Assembly (NCBI RefSeq): GCF_008000775.2
Contig: NZ_CP042905.2
Span: 90,001-122,000, forward strand
DNA length: 32,000 nucleotides
Source of the DNA: Promethearchaeum syntrophicum
GTDB taxonomy: Archaea; Asgardarchaeota; Lokiarchaeia; Sigyniarchaeales; Promethearchaeaceae
Direction: 5' to 3'
In this document: positions 16,388-23,847 of the stretch, one piece after another
Position numbering within the stretch: position 1 is the first letter of the stretch
Layout of the letters: each line of letters starts with the position of its first letter
Translations under genes and position numbers: made by a program
The notes under the pieces: model-generated
The model's input: only the letters and a program-made list of their open reading frames with translations
Database searches by the model: none
What the model was told of the DNA's origin: nothing

Positions 16388-17239
16388 TTATGTTCGTTTG
16401 ATTACTGCAATTTTTTTTATTAAGCGTTGTTTTGTTTTTTGTAACGATTTCAACATATCTCGATACATAATATAATCTTCTTCTATTTCTTTAACCTTCC
16501 TTTTGAGTAGTCTAATATTTCTGCTGATATTACTTTTTTCTTTTGTATCTTGAGATAATTTTCTTTCTTCTTCTTTATCATTAATTGTTTCTTTAGTTTC
16601 TGAGATTCTTTTTATGCAATGGTCTTGTTTATCTGGCATTCTCCTACTTAATACATCTATCCTTTCGTTGATATACTCAAGTAATTCTGGGTTTTTTGAT
16701 TTTTTTGTTATAATTCGAAATCCTTTTGGTTCCTCACGAGACGACATTCGTTTAACGATCTCCAAAATTGATTTCGATCTATTCGGTTCTTTTTCTCTCA
16801 TAAATAATTTTCTCTCTAATTTCTTATCTAATCGTTTTTCTCCCTCGTGAAGGAAATTTGTAAGCATCAGGAACGGAGATATAATAATATATATGGGGAT
16901 AAAAAATGGAAATTTTATAGAAGAATTCCACAATTGCAAATAAGGATAAATAAAGATATTAGAATTATCTATTCTCCATTGGCTTATTTTATATTGATAA
17001 GCTTTATGCATGTAATTGTTGTAACATTGAATCGGATAATGAAAAACAAAAGTAAAGAGCTTATACAACAAATATATAAGAATGAATAGGATAATCCCTG
17101 GGAGATAAAACGGCAAGAATAATATAAATTTGACTACAGATAAATGCTTGAAGAATTCTTTTAATTTGGCGAAAATTGGAATGGCTTCATAGCTAGTAAC
17201 TTTTTTTCTTACCCGGTTCTCGGACATAATAATTATCAT
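16388..17239 (-). CDS. Membrane protein with charged coiled-coil C-terminal half (hypothetical)
   Basis: Hydrophobic helices in the N-terminal half and a K/E/R-rich C-terminal half. ATG 17227 (MSENRV) is an alternative start, because TTTTTATAA lies only ~10 nt upstream of 17239. Confidence 0.55.
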   Translation of the reverse strand: MIIIMSENRVRKKVTSYEAIPIFAKLKEFFKHLSVVKFILFLPFYLPGIILFILIYLLYKLFTFVFHYPIQCYNNYMHKAYQYKISQWRIDNSNIFIYPYLQLWNSSIKFPFFIPIYIIISPFLMLTNFLHEGEKRLDKKLERKLFMREKEPNRSKSILEIVKRMSSREEPKGFRIITKKSKNPELLEYINERIDVLSRRMPDKQDHCIKRISETKETINDKEEERKLSQDTKEKSNISRNIRLLKRKVKEIEEDYIMYRDMLKSLQKTKQRLIKKIAVIKRT

Positions 17240-17813
17240 TTAATGGATTATAAAAATTTTTTTGTTGGTTGGAAAAATGGGTTAATAATCATTGGTATGA
17301 TGTTGTTTTTGGAGTTTAAAGCTCCCAGTTCCCCCTCGAAAGTCGCCATCTATGACCGACTTGAGTTGGACAAAGGTTTTTTATCCGAAATTTATAAAAA
17401 TTATGTTTAAAAAACAATTTTCATGAAAAATAAATAAAATCCTTAGTTGTTATCACTTAAATAAGTTAATAATTTTTAATTTACAATAATTGTGCTTTTA
17501 TATTTTATCAAGTTAAACTGAATTTATGCATTATTTCTGATTTTACATTTTTTAAAAACGATTGCATCTTATGAAGCATTTTTTGATTTAACATTTTACA
17601 AGTTCTATATATGAAAAATGAATATCATTATAACTATATTTTTGTCTAATCATAGTGTACGTTCATATGACTATAAATAAAAAAGAAACTGAAGAATTAG
17701 CATCCAAGAATAAGAAATTTACATTAAAAATTAAATTATTCTGGGAAAATTGTCAGAAAAATTGAATTTGGATAAATCTCGGGGCGATAATCGCTAGTAC
17801 ACCTTTCCTATGG

Positions 17814-18170
17814 GTGCTATATTACTTCAACATAATTAGTTTGAGGAATGCAATTATCGGGACTATTGTTCCGCCCTTAGGAATCATCCTTATATATAAT
17901 GTAAAAAACATCAAAAACATAAACATTCTTATCTTAATGAATAAAATTATGTTGGTTGGTTGTGTTGGATATGTTATAACTGTAATTATCTGGCTTCCGA
18001 GTGGTTACATCCTTGTTAATGCTTCTTGGGCACCTTTACATAATGTATTGTCACCAAATTTAGAAGTTACCTTTATACTTCTACTTATGGTTGCAATATA
18101 TGGCATTGTCGCGTATATATTGTATAGATTTGGTAAGAAAAGGGAATGGCATATTTCCCCCTATTACTAA
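17814..18170 (+). CDS. Small multi-pass membrane protein (coding potential extends upstream to an in-frame TGA at 17763)
   Basis: Track ORF with hydrophobic helices. The 48 nt upstream of GTG 17814 encode IWINLGAIIASTPFLW in the same frame. Confidence 0.55.
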   Translation: MLYYFNIISLRNAIIGTIVPPLGIILIYNVKNIKNINILILMNKIMLVGCVGYVITVIIWLPSGYILVNASWAPLHNVLSPNLEVTFILLLMVAIYGIVAYILYRFGKKREWHISPYY

Positions 18171-18198
18171 TTTTTTTTTTGAATAAAATATAAAATTA

Positions 18199-18325
18199 TT
18201 GACAGACAGCACATGAACAGAACTAATTTGAAGGTATTGTAGGTTTGGCATAGATAGGTATAGTAGGAAGATATTGAGTAATGTTGGTACGGTTTGTAGG
18301 GCAGGGTGTTGTCGTGGGTTTTAAA
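18199..18325 (+). repeat. Copy 3 of the ~130-bp G/T-rich repeat
   Basis: Starts 29 nt after the stop of 17814..18170. It has the same core and 3' end, with a 1-nt deletion relative to copies 1 and 4 (TTGA-GTAATG). Confidence 0.9.
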
Positions 18326-18436
18326 TATTTTTACCGATTTTCGAGTATACTTCATAAAATGGAATTTAATGCTGAATGATATTTTTTATATCTAATAATC
18401 GTTAAATTTTTTAAAAAGAATGATATAAATTATATC

Positions 18437-18769
18437 ATGAGTCAAATAAATTTCCGCATTAATAATGAGGATATGAAAGTCGCCAAGATGATATCAGAGA
18501 GTACGGGGATATCACTGGCAGAAATTGCAAGAAGGGCATTTCTTAAAAAATTACGACCTGAGAGAGTGGAAATTGCCTTTAATTTATTGAAAGAAGGAAA
18601 ATGCGGATTCAAAAAAGCTTGGAAGATTTCAGGTTTGGGATATAATGAATTTCTATCAGAATGGATAAAAAAAGACGCAAAAGAAGTAATCCCGGAAGAA
18701 ATGATCGAAGCGCATTTAAAATGGGCTTTAGATTATGATATAAAGAAATTAATGAAGAATTCCGAATAG
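18437..18769 (+). CDS. Putative antitoxin (RHH-like N-terminus plus UPF0175-like helix-turn-helix)
   Basis: MSQINFRINNEDMKVAKMISESTGISLAEIARRAF is RHH-like. LLKEGKCGFKKAWKISGLGYNEFLSEW is UPF0175-like. The gene lies 28 nt upstream of a PIN gene. Confidence 0.6.
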   Translation: MSQINFRINNEDMKVAKMISESTGISLAEIARRAFLKKLRPERVEIAFNLLKEGKCGFKKAWKISGLGYNEFLSEWIKKDAKEVIPEEMIEAHLKWALDYDIKKLMKNSE

Positions 18770-18797
18770 ATTGACCAAATTCATTTGAAGGATTATC

Positions 18798-19289
18798 ATG
18801 TTGCTCTCTTTTGACACTTGCTCTTTTTTACGTATACAGCATATCTTTAATACAATTGATATTGACTTACGTTCAATCTTAAAAGAATTTAGACTTGTTA
18901 TTACCGAGGAATTGCGTAAAGAATATTTAAATTATAAACTAGAAAAATTTTTCGCATTCAATTATATCTTTATACCACTCTCTGCAGAAGAACGGAAAAC
19001 CTATATTTCAAAGTATTTGTTAGAATCTTTCGATTCTGCTGACCAAGATCTAATTATTGTTGGTCTTAGAGACAAATTAACAATTGTTACTGATGATAGG
19101 GATCTTTTCAATCAATGCTCTATATTAAATATTCCAACATTTCAGTTATGGTCATTTTGTATAAGCTTGGTTAAGGATGGACAGTTATCTAAAAATCAAA
19201 TCCATAAATGCTGGAAATTATGGGAAGAAGAGAAAAGATATTCAAAAACAACATTAAAGTTGATAAAAAAAACTCTTGGTTTATTATAA
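18798..19289 (+). CDS. PIN-domain toxin (DUF3368-like)
   Basis: Acidic residues sit in the PIN pattern: LLSFDTCSF, ITEELRKE, DQDLIIVGL and IVTDDRDL. Confidence 0.75.
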   Translation: MLLSFDTCSFLRIQHIFNTIDIDLRSILKEFRLVITEELRKEYLNYKLEKFFAFNYIFIPLSAEERKTYISKYLLESFDSADQDLIIVGLRDKLTIVTDDRDLFNQCSILNIPTFQLWSFCISLVKDGQLSKNQIHKCWKLWEEEKRYSKTTLKLIKKTLGLL

Positions 19290-19297
19290 ACAACAAA

Positions 19298-19426
19298 ATG
19301 ACAACATCACATGAAGTGAAACAGAATGGAAGAAATTGTAGGTTTGATATAGGTAGGGGTAATAGAAAGATATTGAAGTAATGTTGGTACGGTTTACAGG
19401 GTAGGGCTTTGTAGTGGGTTTTTAAC
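19298..19426 (+). repeat. Copy 4 of the ~130-bp G/T-rich repeat
   Basis: Starts 9 nt after the PIN gene stop. Its 3' end lies about 5 nt from the start of the racemase-fragment homology. Confidence 0.9.
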
Positions 19427-19430
19427 TTTT

Positions 19431-19585
19431 TTTCTTAGTTTGGGATAATCTATTCGATTTAATACTTATCCCGCAATCGTTTTTGTAGGAATTTTCTTCC
19501 ATTATAAAATTGGCTCCCAGGAGACCTACTTTTTTCAAGCCGAGTTCTTTGATCTTAGAAGCCGCAGCCATTTTTCTATGATGAA
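19431..19585 (-). pseudogene. Internal fragment of an Asp/Glu-racemase-family gene (paralogous to 20871..21026)
   Basis: The reverse strand translates to AASKIKELGLKKVGLLGANFIMEENSYKNDCG. The intact gene has ATASKIKELGLKKVGLLGTMFTMEEDFYRKRLL. A 36-of-37-nt identical stretch links 19527..19563 to 20967..21004. Confidence 0.8.
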
Positions 19586-20469
19586 TAACCCAGAGATGTC
19601 ATGGTTTTTTTGATATAGGTGATGTATCGGGGAAAGAACCACGAAATAAAATGCATTTCATTCTCTTTCATATTTGATCGTTCTAATGCATTATAGTAAG
19701 CTTTTCTGTATTTAGCATCAAGATCATATAACGGAAAATCTTCCCAATAGAGGATATAGTTTGTGAGTAGACGCGTAATTCGTCCATTTCCATCTTCAAA
19801 AGGATGGATAGACACAAATCGAAGATGAAAAATTGCTGCTAAAAAGACCGGATTAAATATTTTTTTCTTGGAAAAGTACCATTCCATTAATTCTCTAAAC
19901 AGTAAATCCACTTCAAAACGAGAAGGAGGGGGAGTATAATCACTTCCACTAATTGTCACCGGACCATTTCGAAACGACCCAGCATGATTTGGTTTGGTTA
20001 GTTGGAAAATTTGCTTATGGTACTTCAAAATGAGATCGTATGAAAGAGTCTCTTGGTTTGATACCATTTGTTCATATGTTTGCATGTGTGCTTTTGTCTC
20101 GATGACATCATTGGCATTGGAATTTGCTGGAATTATTCCATCTTCTAAAATAATTCGAGTATCTCCTTTTGAAAGCGTAGACCCTTCAATTTTATTTGTA
20201 TTGTGAGTAAATCGAATCCCAAAGGAACGAAGATTTTTCTTTTGTAAAAAATCAGATAATCCGTTCTTTTTTGAAGCATAAATTGTTTGCAATTCATTAA
20301 TCTCTTTTAACCATCGATGGTTTACATACTCATAGATAAATTTTTCTTTATCTTGTAGAGAGGGTTTGGTTTTTCCTATATATTTTTCAAAGTTTTTAAC
20401 CCCATCATCGCGGTATGTATGGATCAGATAGTAAAATCCTTTTTTTTGTTTGATTTGCACTGAGATCAC
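19576..20469 (-). CDS. Fic/DOC family protein (putative AMPylase)
   Basis: Canonical Fic motif HPFEDGNGRITRLL. The start is GTG at 20469. Confidence 0.9.
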   Translation of the reverse strand: MISVQIKQKKGFYYLIHTYRDDGVKNFEKYIGKTKPSLQDKEKFIYEYVNHRWLKEINELQTIYASKKNGLSDFLQKKNLRSFGIRFTHNTNKIEGSTLSKGDTRIILEDGIIPANSNANDVIETKAHMQTYEQMVSNQETLSYDLILKYHKQIFQLTKPNHAGSFRNGPVTISGSDYTPPPSRFEVDLLFRELMEWYFSKKKIFNPVFLAAIFHLRFVSIHPFEDGNGRITRLLTNYILYWEDFPLYDLDAKYRKAYYNALERSNMKENEMHFISWFFPRYITYIKKTMTSLGYSS

Positions 20470-20596
20470 CCTTACATTTTGAATGAAAATATGCTATAAT
20501 AAAATATTGTAAGGGGAACTTTATATATTTTACCCTTACATTTCGAATGAAAATATGCTAAAATAACATAATGTAAGGAGAACTTTATGATAGTCG
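20469..20596. promoter_or_regulatory. 2 x 64-bp tandem repeat, each unit holding an 8-9-bp inverted repeat, immediately upstream of the Fic start
   Basis: Unit 1 is 20469..20532 and unit 2 is 20533..20596, about 85% identical. The arms are CCCTTACA ... TGTAAGGG in unit 1 and CCTTACATT ... AATGTAAGG in unit 2. On the Fic strand each unit begins with a TATA-like AAATATATAAAG or a degenerate CATAAAG. Confidence 0.7.
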
Positions 20597-20631
20597 GTGA
20601 TATATAGGTTTCTATCTGGATTTCTCTTGAC

Positions 20632-21348
20632 TTATTTTTCCAATGCTTTTTCAATTGCATATTCAACATGTAACTGCGTAGTATCAAAAATAGGAATTGG
20701 AGAATCATCCGGTTTGATTAATAGGGGAATTTCAGTGCATCCTAGAATGACCCCTTCAGCGCCATTTTTCTGGAGATTTAAAATGGTTTGTTTATATATT
20801 TCTCGTGATGAATCGGTGATTTTTCCCAAAATCAATTCATTAAAGATGATTCGATCTACTTCCTTACGTTCTTCTTGGTTCGGGATAATCAGTTCTATCT
20901 GATGGCAATCTAGCAATCGTTTTCTGTAAAAATCTTCTTCCATTGTAAACATGGTTCCCAAGAGCCCTACTTTTTTCAAACCGAGTTCTTTGATCTTAGA
21001 AGCAGTAGCGTCTGCAATATGATAGATAGGAATTTGTATGTGGGATTGAATTGAGGGGAGTAATTTATGCATAGTGTTTGTGCAAATAAGGATAAAATCA
21101 GCACCTGCATGTTCTAATTTTTGAGCGATAATGGTTAATTGGTTTGTAATTTCATCCCACTTATTGTTGTGCATCCAAAATTCAATTGGTTTAAAATCGA
21201 CAGAATAGAGGAGGCACTGTGCAGAGCTCAATCCCCCTAATTTTTCTTTAATCATTTCATTGAGAATGCGGTAATATTCTAAGGATGATTCCCAGCTCAT
21301 TCCACCAATTAATCCGATAGTTTTCATCTTGGTTAATTTAGAGGTCAA
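20632..21348 (-). CDS. Aspartate/glutamate racemase family protein (RacX/YgeA-like)
   Basis: KTIGLIGGMSWESSLEYYRILN, ICTNTMH and GCTEIPLL carry the two catalytic Cys motifs. The N-terminus is very close to E. coli YgeA as I remember it. Confidence 0.9.
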   Translation of the reverse strand: MTSKLTKMKTIGLIGGMSWESSLEYYRILNEMIKEKLGGLSSAQCLLYSVDFKPIEFWMHNNKWDEITNQLTIIAQKLEHAGADFILICTNTMHKLLPSIQSHIQIPIYHIADATASKIKELGLKKVGLLGTMFTMEEDFYRKRLLDCHQIELIIPNQEERKEVDRIIFNELILGKITDSSREIYKQTILNLQKNGAEGVILGCTEIPLLIKPDDSPIPIFDTTQLHVEYAIEKALEK

Positions 21349-21370
21349 AATTTTTTAAATCTATCGAGTT

Positions 21371-22057
21371 ATGTTTCTACTGGATTCTAAAGAGATGATG
21401 AATTTTAGATTATTATTGAGAATGGTTATTAAAGCATATAAAATCCAGTTTGATCAAATTGTTTTTGCATCAGATGAAGCGGAAGTTCAGAAGAATTGCC
21501 AAACTCCATATAAAAATCATCCAAATGGGTGCCCAAATTATAAAAATAATTGGAGCTGCCCACCTTATGCTCCAACAGTTCAAAAGACTCAACAATCCTT
21601 AGAAAATTATCGCTTTTTTTGGATGTTGGTTTTAAAAACCCCGATCCCAAAGATTAACACTAAATTTTTAAAGAAATGGAAAATAAAGCGTGTAAATATG
21701 AGGATTACAAAAACATTGAATAATTATTTAAGTTATCTTCAATCTAACCATCGAGATTGGAAATTCTATTATTGTTCCGAATGTAATTTGTGTTCAGAAA
21801 AAAATTATTCCAAATGCACTTGCCCCACAGATCCTTGCAGGTTTCCAAACAAATTTCGGATATCTCCCGAAGCAGCAGGAATTGATGTTTTTGCCAGCTT
21901 AAAAAAAATTAATATTCTGATTGAAATGGATCCAATTACCAATCTGCAACGGATAGGAATGTGTGCTACTGATGAAAATGTTGATTTTGCAGTAGAATAT
22001 AAAAAATTTGAAAATCAATTATCCATCTTGAATAAAATCGATAGTCTTGGAACGTAG
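21371..22057 (+). CDS. DUF2284-like predicted metal-binding protein
   Basis: Cys-rich CQTPYKNHPNGCPNYKNNWSCPPYAP plus a later CSECNLC...CTCPTDPC. The true start may be an internal Met, because 21371 is only 22 nt from the divergent racemase start. Confidence 0.55.
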   Translation: MFLLDSKEMMNFRLLLRMVIKAYKIQFDQIVFASDEAEVQKNCQTPYKNHPNGCPNYKNNWSCPPYAPTVQKTQQSLENYRFFWMLVLKTPIPKINTKFLKKWKIKRVNMRITKTLNNYLSYLQSNHRDWKFYYCSECNLCSEKNYSKCTCPTDPCRFPNKFRISPEAAGIDVFASLKKINILIEMDPITNLQRIGMCATDENVDFAVEYKKFENQLSILNKIDSLGT

Positions 22058-22067
22058 GGGGTTTCTT

Positions 22068-22577
22068 TCATGGTTTTTCGTCTCTTAATTTCAATATTTC
22101 AATTTTCTCCTTGGGTCTTCGATGAGAAATAGTATTTGCTATCAATTGGATGATCCACAACACCAATAATACTATCCCCCAAGGTTGACTTTCTGCCCAG
22201 ATCATCATAACAATTCCATAATTTACTGCATAATACAAGATCAGATAAGGAACTAGTAGATACCAGATATTTCGGAATTCTATTTTTAGGATAAAATCAA
22301 ATATTGCTTCTAATCCAATATATAGTAGAAAAATTGCGCAAAATATACCGTTACTTGATGGACGTTCGTTTAAAACTGATAAAATCCAAACTATTATTGC
22401 AAATGGTGTTAAACCTAAATAAAAATACCCAATTTTTTGAATAATATCTTTATTTTTCTCAAATCCTTTAAACCTTAAGAAGAAAATAAGAATTAGTAGA
22501 AGATTATGGAGTAAACCCCAGATGATAAGTAAGATCTTAAGCATGTTTCTATGTGAGAATTTGGAATTATTATACAT
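22068..22577 (-). CDS. Multi-pass membrane protein (hypothetical)
   Basis: I take the start at ATG 22577 (MYNNSKFSHRNMLKILLIIWG), which forms an ATGTATAA start/stop overlap with the upstream gene. The longer track ORF to 22769 would overlap that gene by 200 nt. Confidence 0.6.
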   Translation of the reverse strand: MYNNSKFSHRNMLKILLIIWGLLHNLLLILIFFLRFKGFEKNKDIIQKIGYFYLGLTPFAIIVWILSVLNERPSSNGIFCAIFLLYIGLEAIFDFILKIEFRNIWYLLVPYLILYYAVNYGIVMMIWAESQPWGIVLLVLWIIQLIANTISHRRPKEKIEILKLRDEKP

Positions 22578-23124
22578 TATGGAAATTCTTTGAAAACTGT
22601 TTTTCCCAAATTTGAAACGGGATAACTCTATAATGGGGTTTATAGTTTTTTTTATAGGTTTCTGAGTGATGAACGGTTGGAAAGTCGAGTTTTTTAACGT
22701 TTTTAATGAATTCTTCAAGATATTGTTCGTTAAAATTAAAGGGTTGTTTTTTGAGTTCCTTAGCAGCAAAATTCAGATAAGTTTCAAACTTAGTAGCAGG
22801 AATTTTTGAATCTATTTTAGCACCATCAAAAAATGCTTGAGAGATTTTGTGATGGTCGATGTTTTCTGCCTTGCATTTTAATAAGTTAACCCTAATCAAC
22901 GGGAGAGATAAAGTAATATCACTATAAAGCGGACAATTAATATCTGCTTCAATTTGTGACATTTCATTTTCTAACGCCTTCAAACAATCATTGTAGGTTG
23001 TAATCATATGTTCCGCACCATATACAGCTTGAAATAGAAGTTTATAATAATCTTGAAGCTCAGAATTTGGGAAACTTGTGAATTCGTTAGCAAGCAAGTT
23101 ATGAATTTTCTTTTCAATCATCAT
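22570..23124 (-). CDS. Hypothetical protein
   Basis: Track ORF, apparently translationally coupled to 22068..22577. No motif recognised. Confidence 0.55.
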   Translation of the reverse strand: MMIEKKIHNLLANEFTSFPNSELQDYYKLLFQAVYGAEHMITTYNDCLKALENEMSQIEADINCPLYSDITLSLPLIRVNLLKCKAENIDHHKISQAFFDGAKIDSKIPATKFETYLNFAAKELKKQPFNFNEQYLEEFIKNVKKLDFPTVHHSETYKKNYKPHYRVIPFQIWEKQFSKNFHNV

Positions 23125-23205
23125 GAACAGAAAGGATAAGCTAATAAAAAAGATTTCAATATAATCAATCCAATCATATAAATTCCTTTCTATTATGGTT
23201 TAATT

Positions 23206-23847
23206 TTGAATTTTTTAATATTTCAAGAAAATAAATTTAAATTACCGAGATATTATGAAATTACAGTGGTTAAGAAGATAAAAAAACGTGAAGAAGATAA
23301 AAATCAATTTATAATAGAGACTGAAAGGTTAATTCTGCGAAACATTGATCTCAAAGATACAGAGACATTTTTAGAATATCGAAATGATCCACTTGTAGCT
23401 AAATATCAGAGCTGGGAGCCACCATTAATTCGAGAGCAAGTAAGTGATTTCATAAATAATTTACAAACTCACAAAATAGGTGAACCGGGAAAGTGGAATC
23501 AAATAGTATGGATTTTAAAGAAAAATTTGGTGCATATTGGAGATTGTGCTTTAAAAGTTCAAGAAGATACCATGCAAGCGGAATTAGGATTTACCTTATC
23601 TCGAAATTATCAGGGGAAAGGATATGCCTATGAAGCTACAAGAGCTTTAATTAATTATGCATTTGAAGAACTCGGTTTACATCGAATATTTTCGATTACT
23701 GATTGTAAAAATACAACTGCGATAAAATTATTAAAAAGCTTGGGAATGAGGCAAGAGGGTCATTTTATTGAAAATATTTTCTTTAAAGGAGCGTGGGGAG
23801 ATGAATTTTTATATGCAATTTTACAAAAGGAATGGAATTATCCATGA
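23206..23847 (+). CDS. GNAT family N-acetyltransferase (RimJ/RimL-like)
   Basis: ETERLILRNIDLKD...NYQGKGYAYEATRALINYAFEELGLHRIFSITDCKNTTAIKLLKSLGMRQEG. The start codon is uncertain (TTG at 23206). Confidence 0.85.
   Translation: MNFLIFQENKFKLPRYYEITVVKKIKKREEDKNQFIIETERLILRNIDLKDTETFLEYRNDPLVAKYQSWEPPLIREQVSDFINNLQTHKIGEPGKWNQIVWILKKNLVHIGDCALKVQEDTMQAELGFTLSRNYQGKGYAYEATRALINYAFEELGLHRIFSITDCKNTTAIKLLKSLGMRQEGHFIENIFFKGAWGDEFLYAILQKEWNYP

Noticed and set aside
17290-17385. C/D-box sRNA around the G+C-rich hairpins (ATGATGT at about 17297 resembles a C box)
   Set aside because: No CTGA D box lies at an appropriate distance, and there is no C'/D' pair. The region is kept only as an unclassified candidate structured element.
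2517-17765. Stop-codon reassignment (TAA or TGA read as sense) as the explanation for the two in-frame stops
   Set aside because: TAA terminates well-supported genes at their expected C-termini, for example PAN at 29954 after its HbYX tail and the TrmO-like gene at 26332. TGA terminates others, for example 3201..3734. A global recoding is therefore unlikely.
787-19426. The 130-bp repeats as integron attC sites (same orientation, following ORFs, TA cassette between two copies)
   Set aside because: I could find no R''/R' boxes (RYYYAAC ... GTTRRRY) at the ends. The element has no internal dyad symmetry because the + strand is nearly C-free. No intI-like gene is in the window. The cassette-like organisation remains a hypothesis in the findings, but not as a canonical integron.
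787-19426. The repeats as a CRISPR array, or as DGR template/variable repeats
   Set aside because: The spacing is 15 kb, 2.3 kb and 1.1 kb and the units are ~130 bp, so this is not a CRISPR. No reverse transcriptase is present, the copies do not lie at the 3' end of a target gene, and the differences are not adenine-specific, so this is not a DGR.
20472-20902. Track ORFs 20472..20708 (-) and 20597..20902 (+)
   Set aside because: The first is made of the 64-bp tandem repeat plus the racemase 3' end read in another frame. The second is antisense to the well-supported racemase gene.
22578-22769. N-terminal 64 codons of track ORF 22068..22769
   Set aside because: They overlap the 3' end of 22570..23124 by 200 nt in another frame. 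The internal ATG 22577 gives a typical ATGTATAA coupled start and a protein that begins just before the first TM helix.
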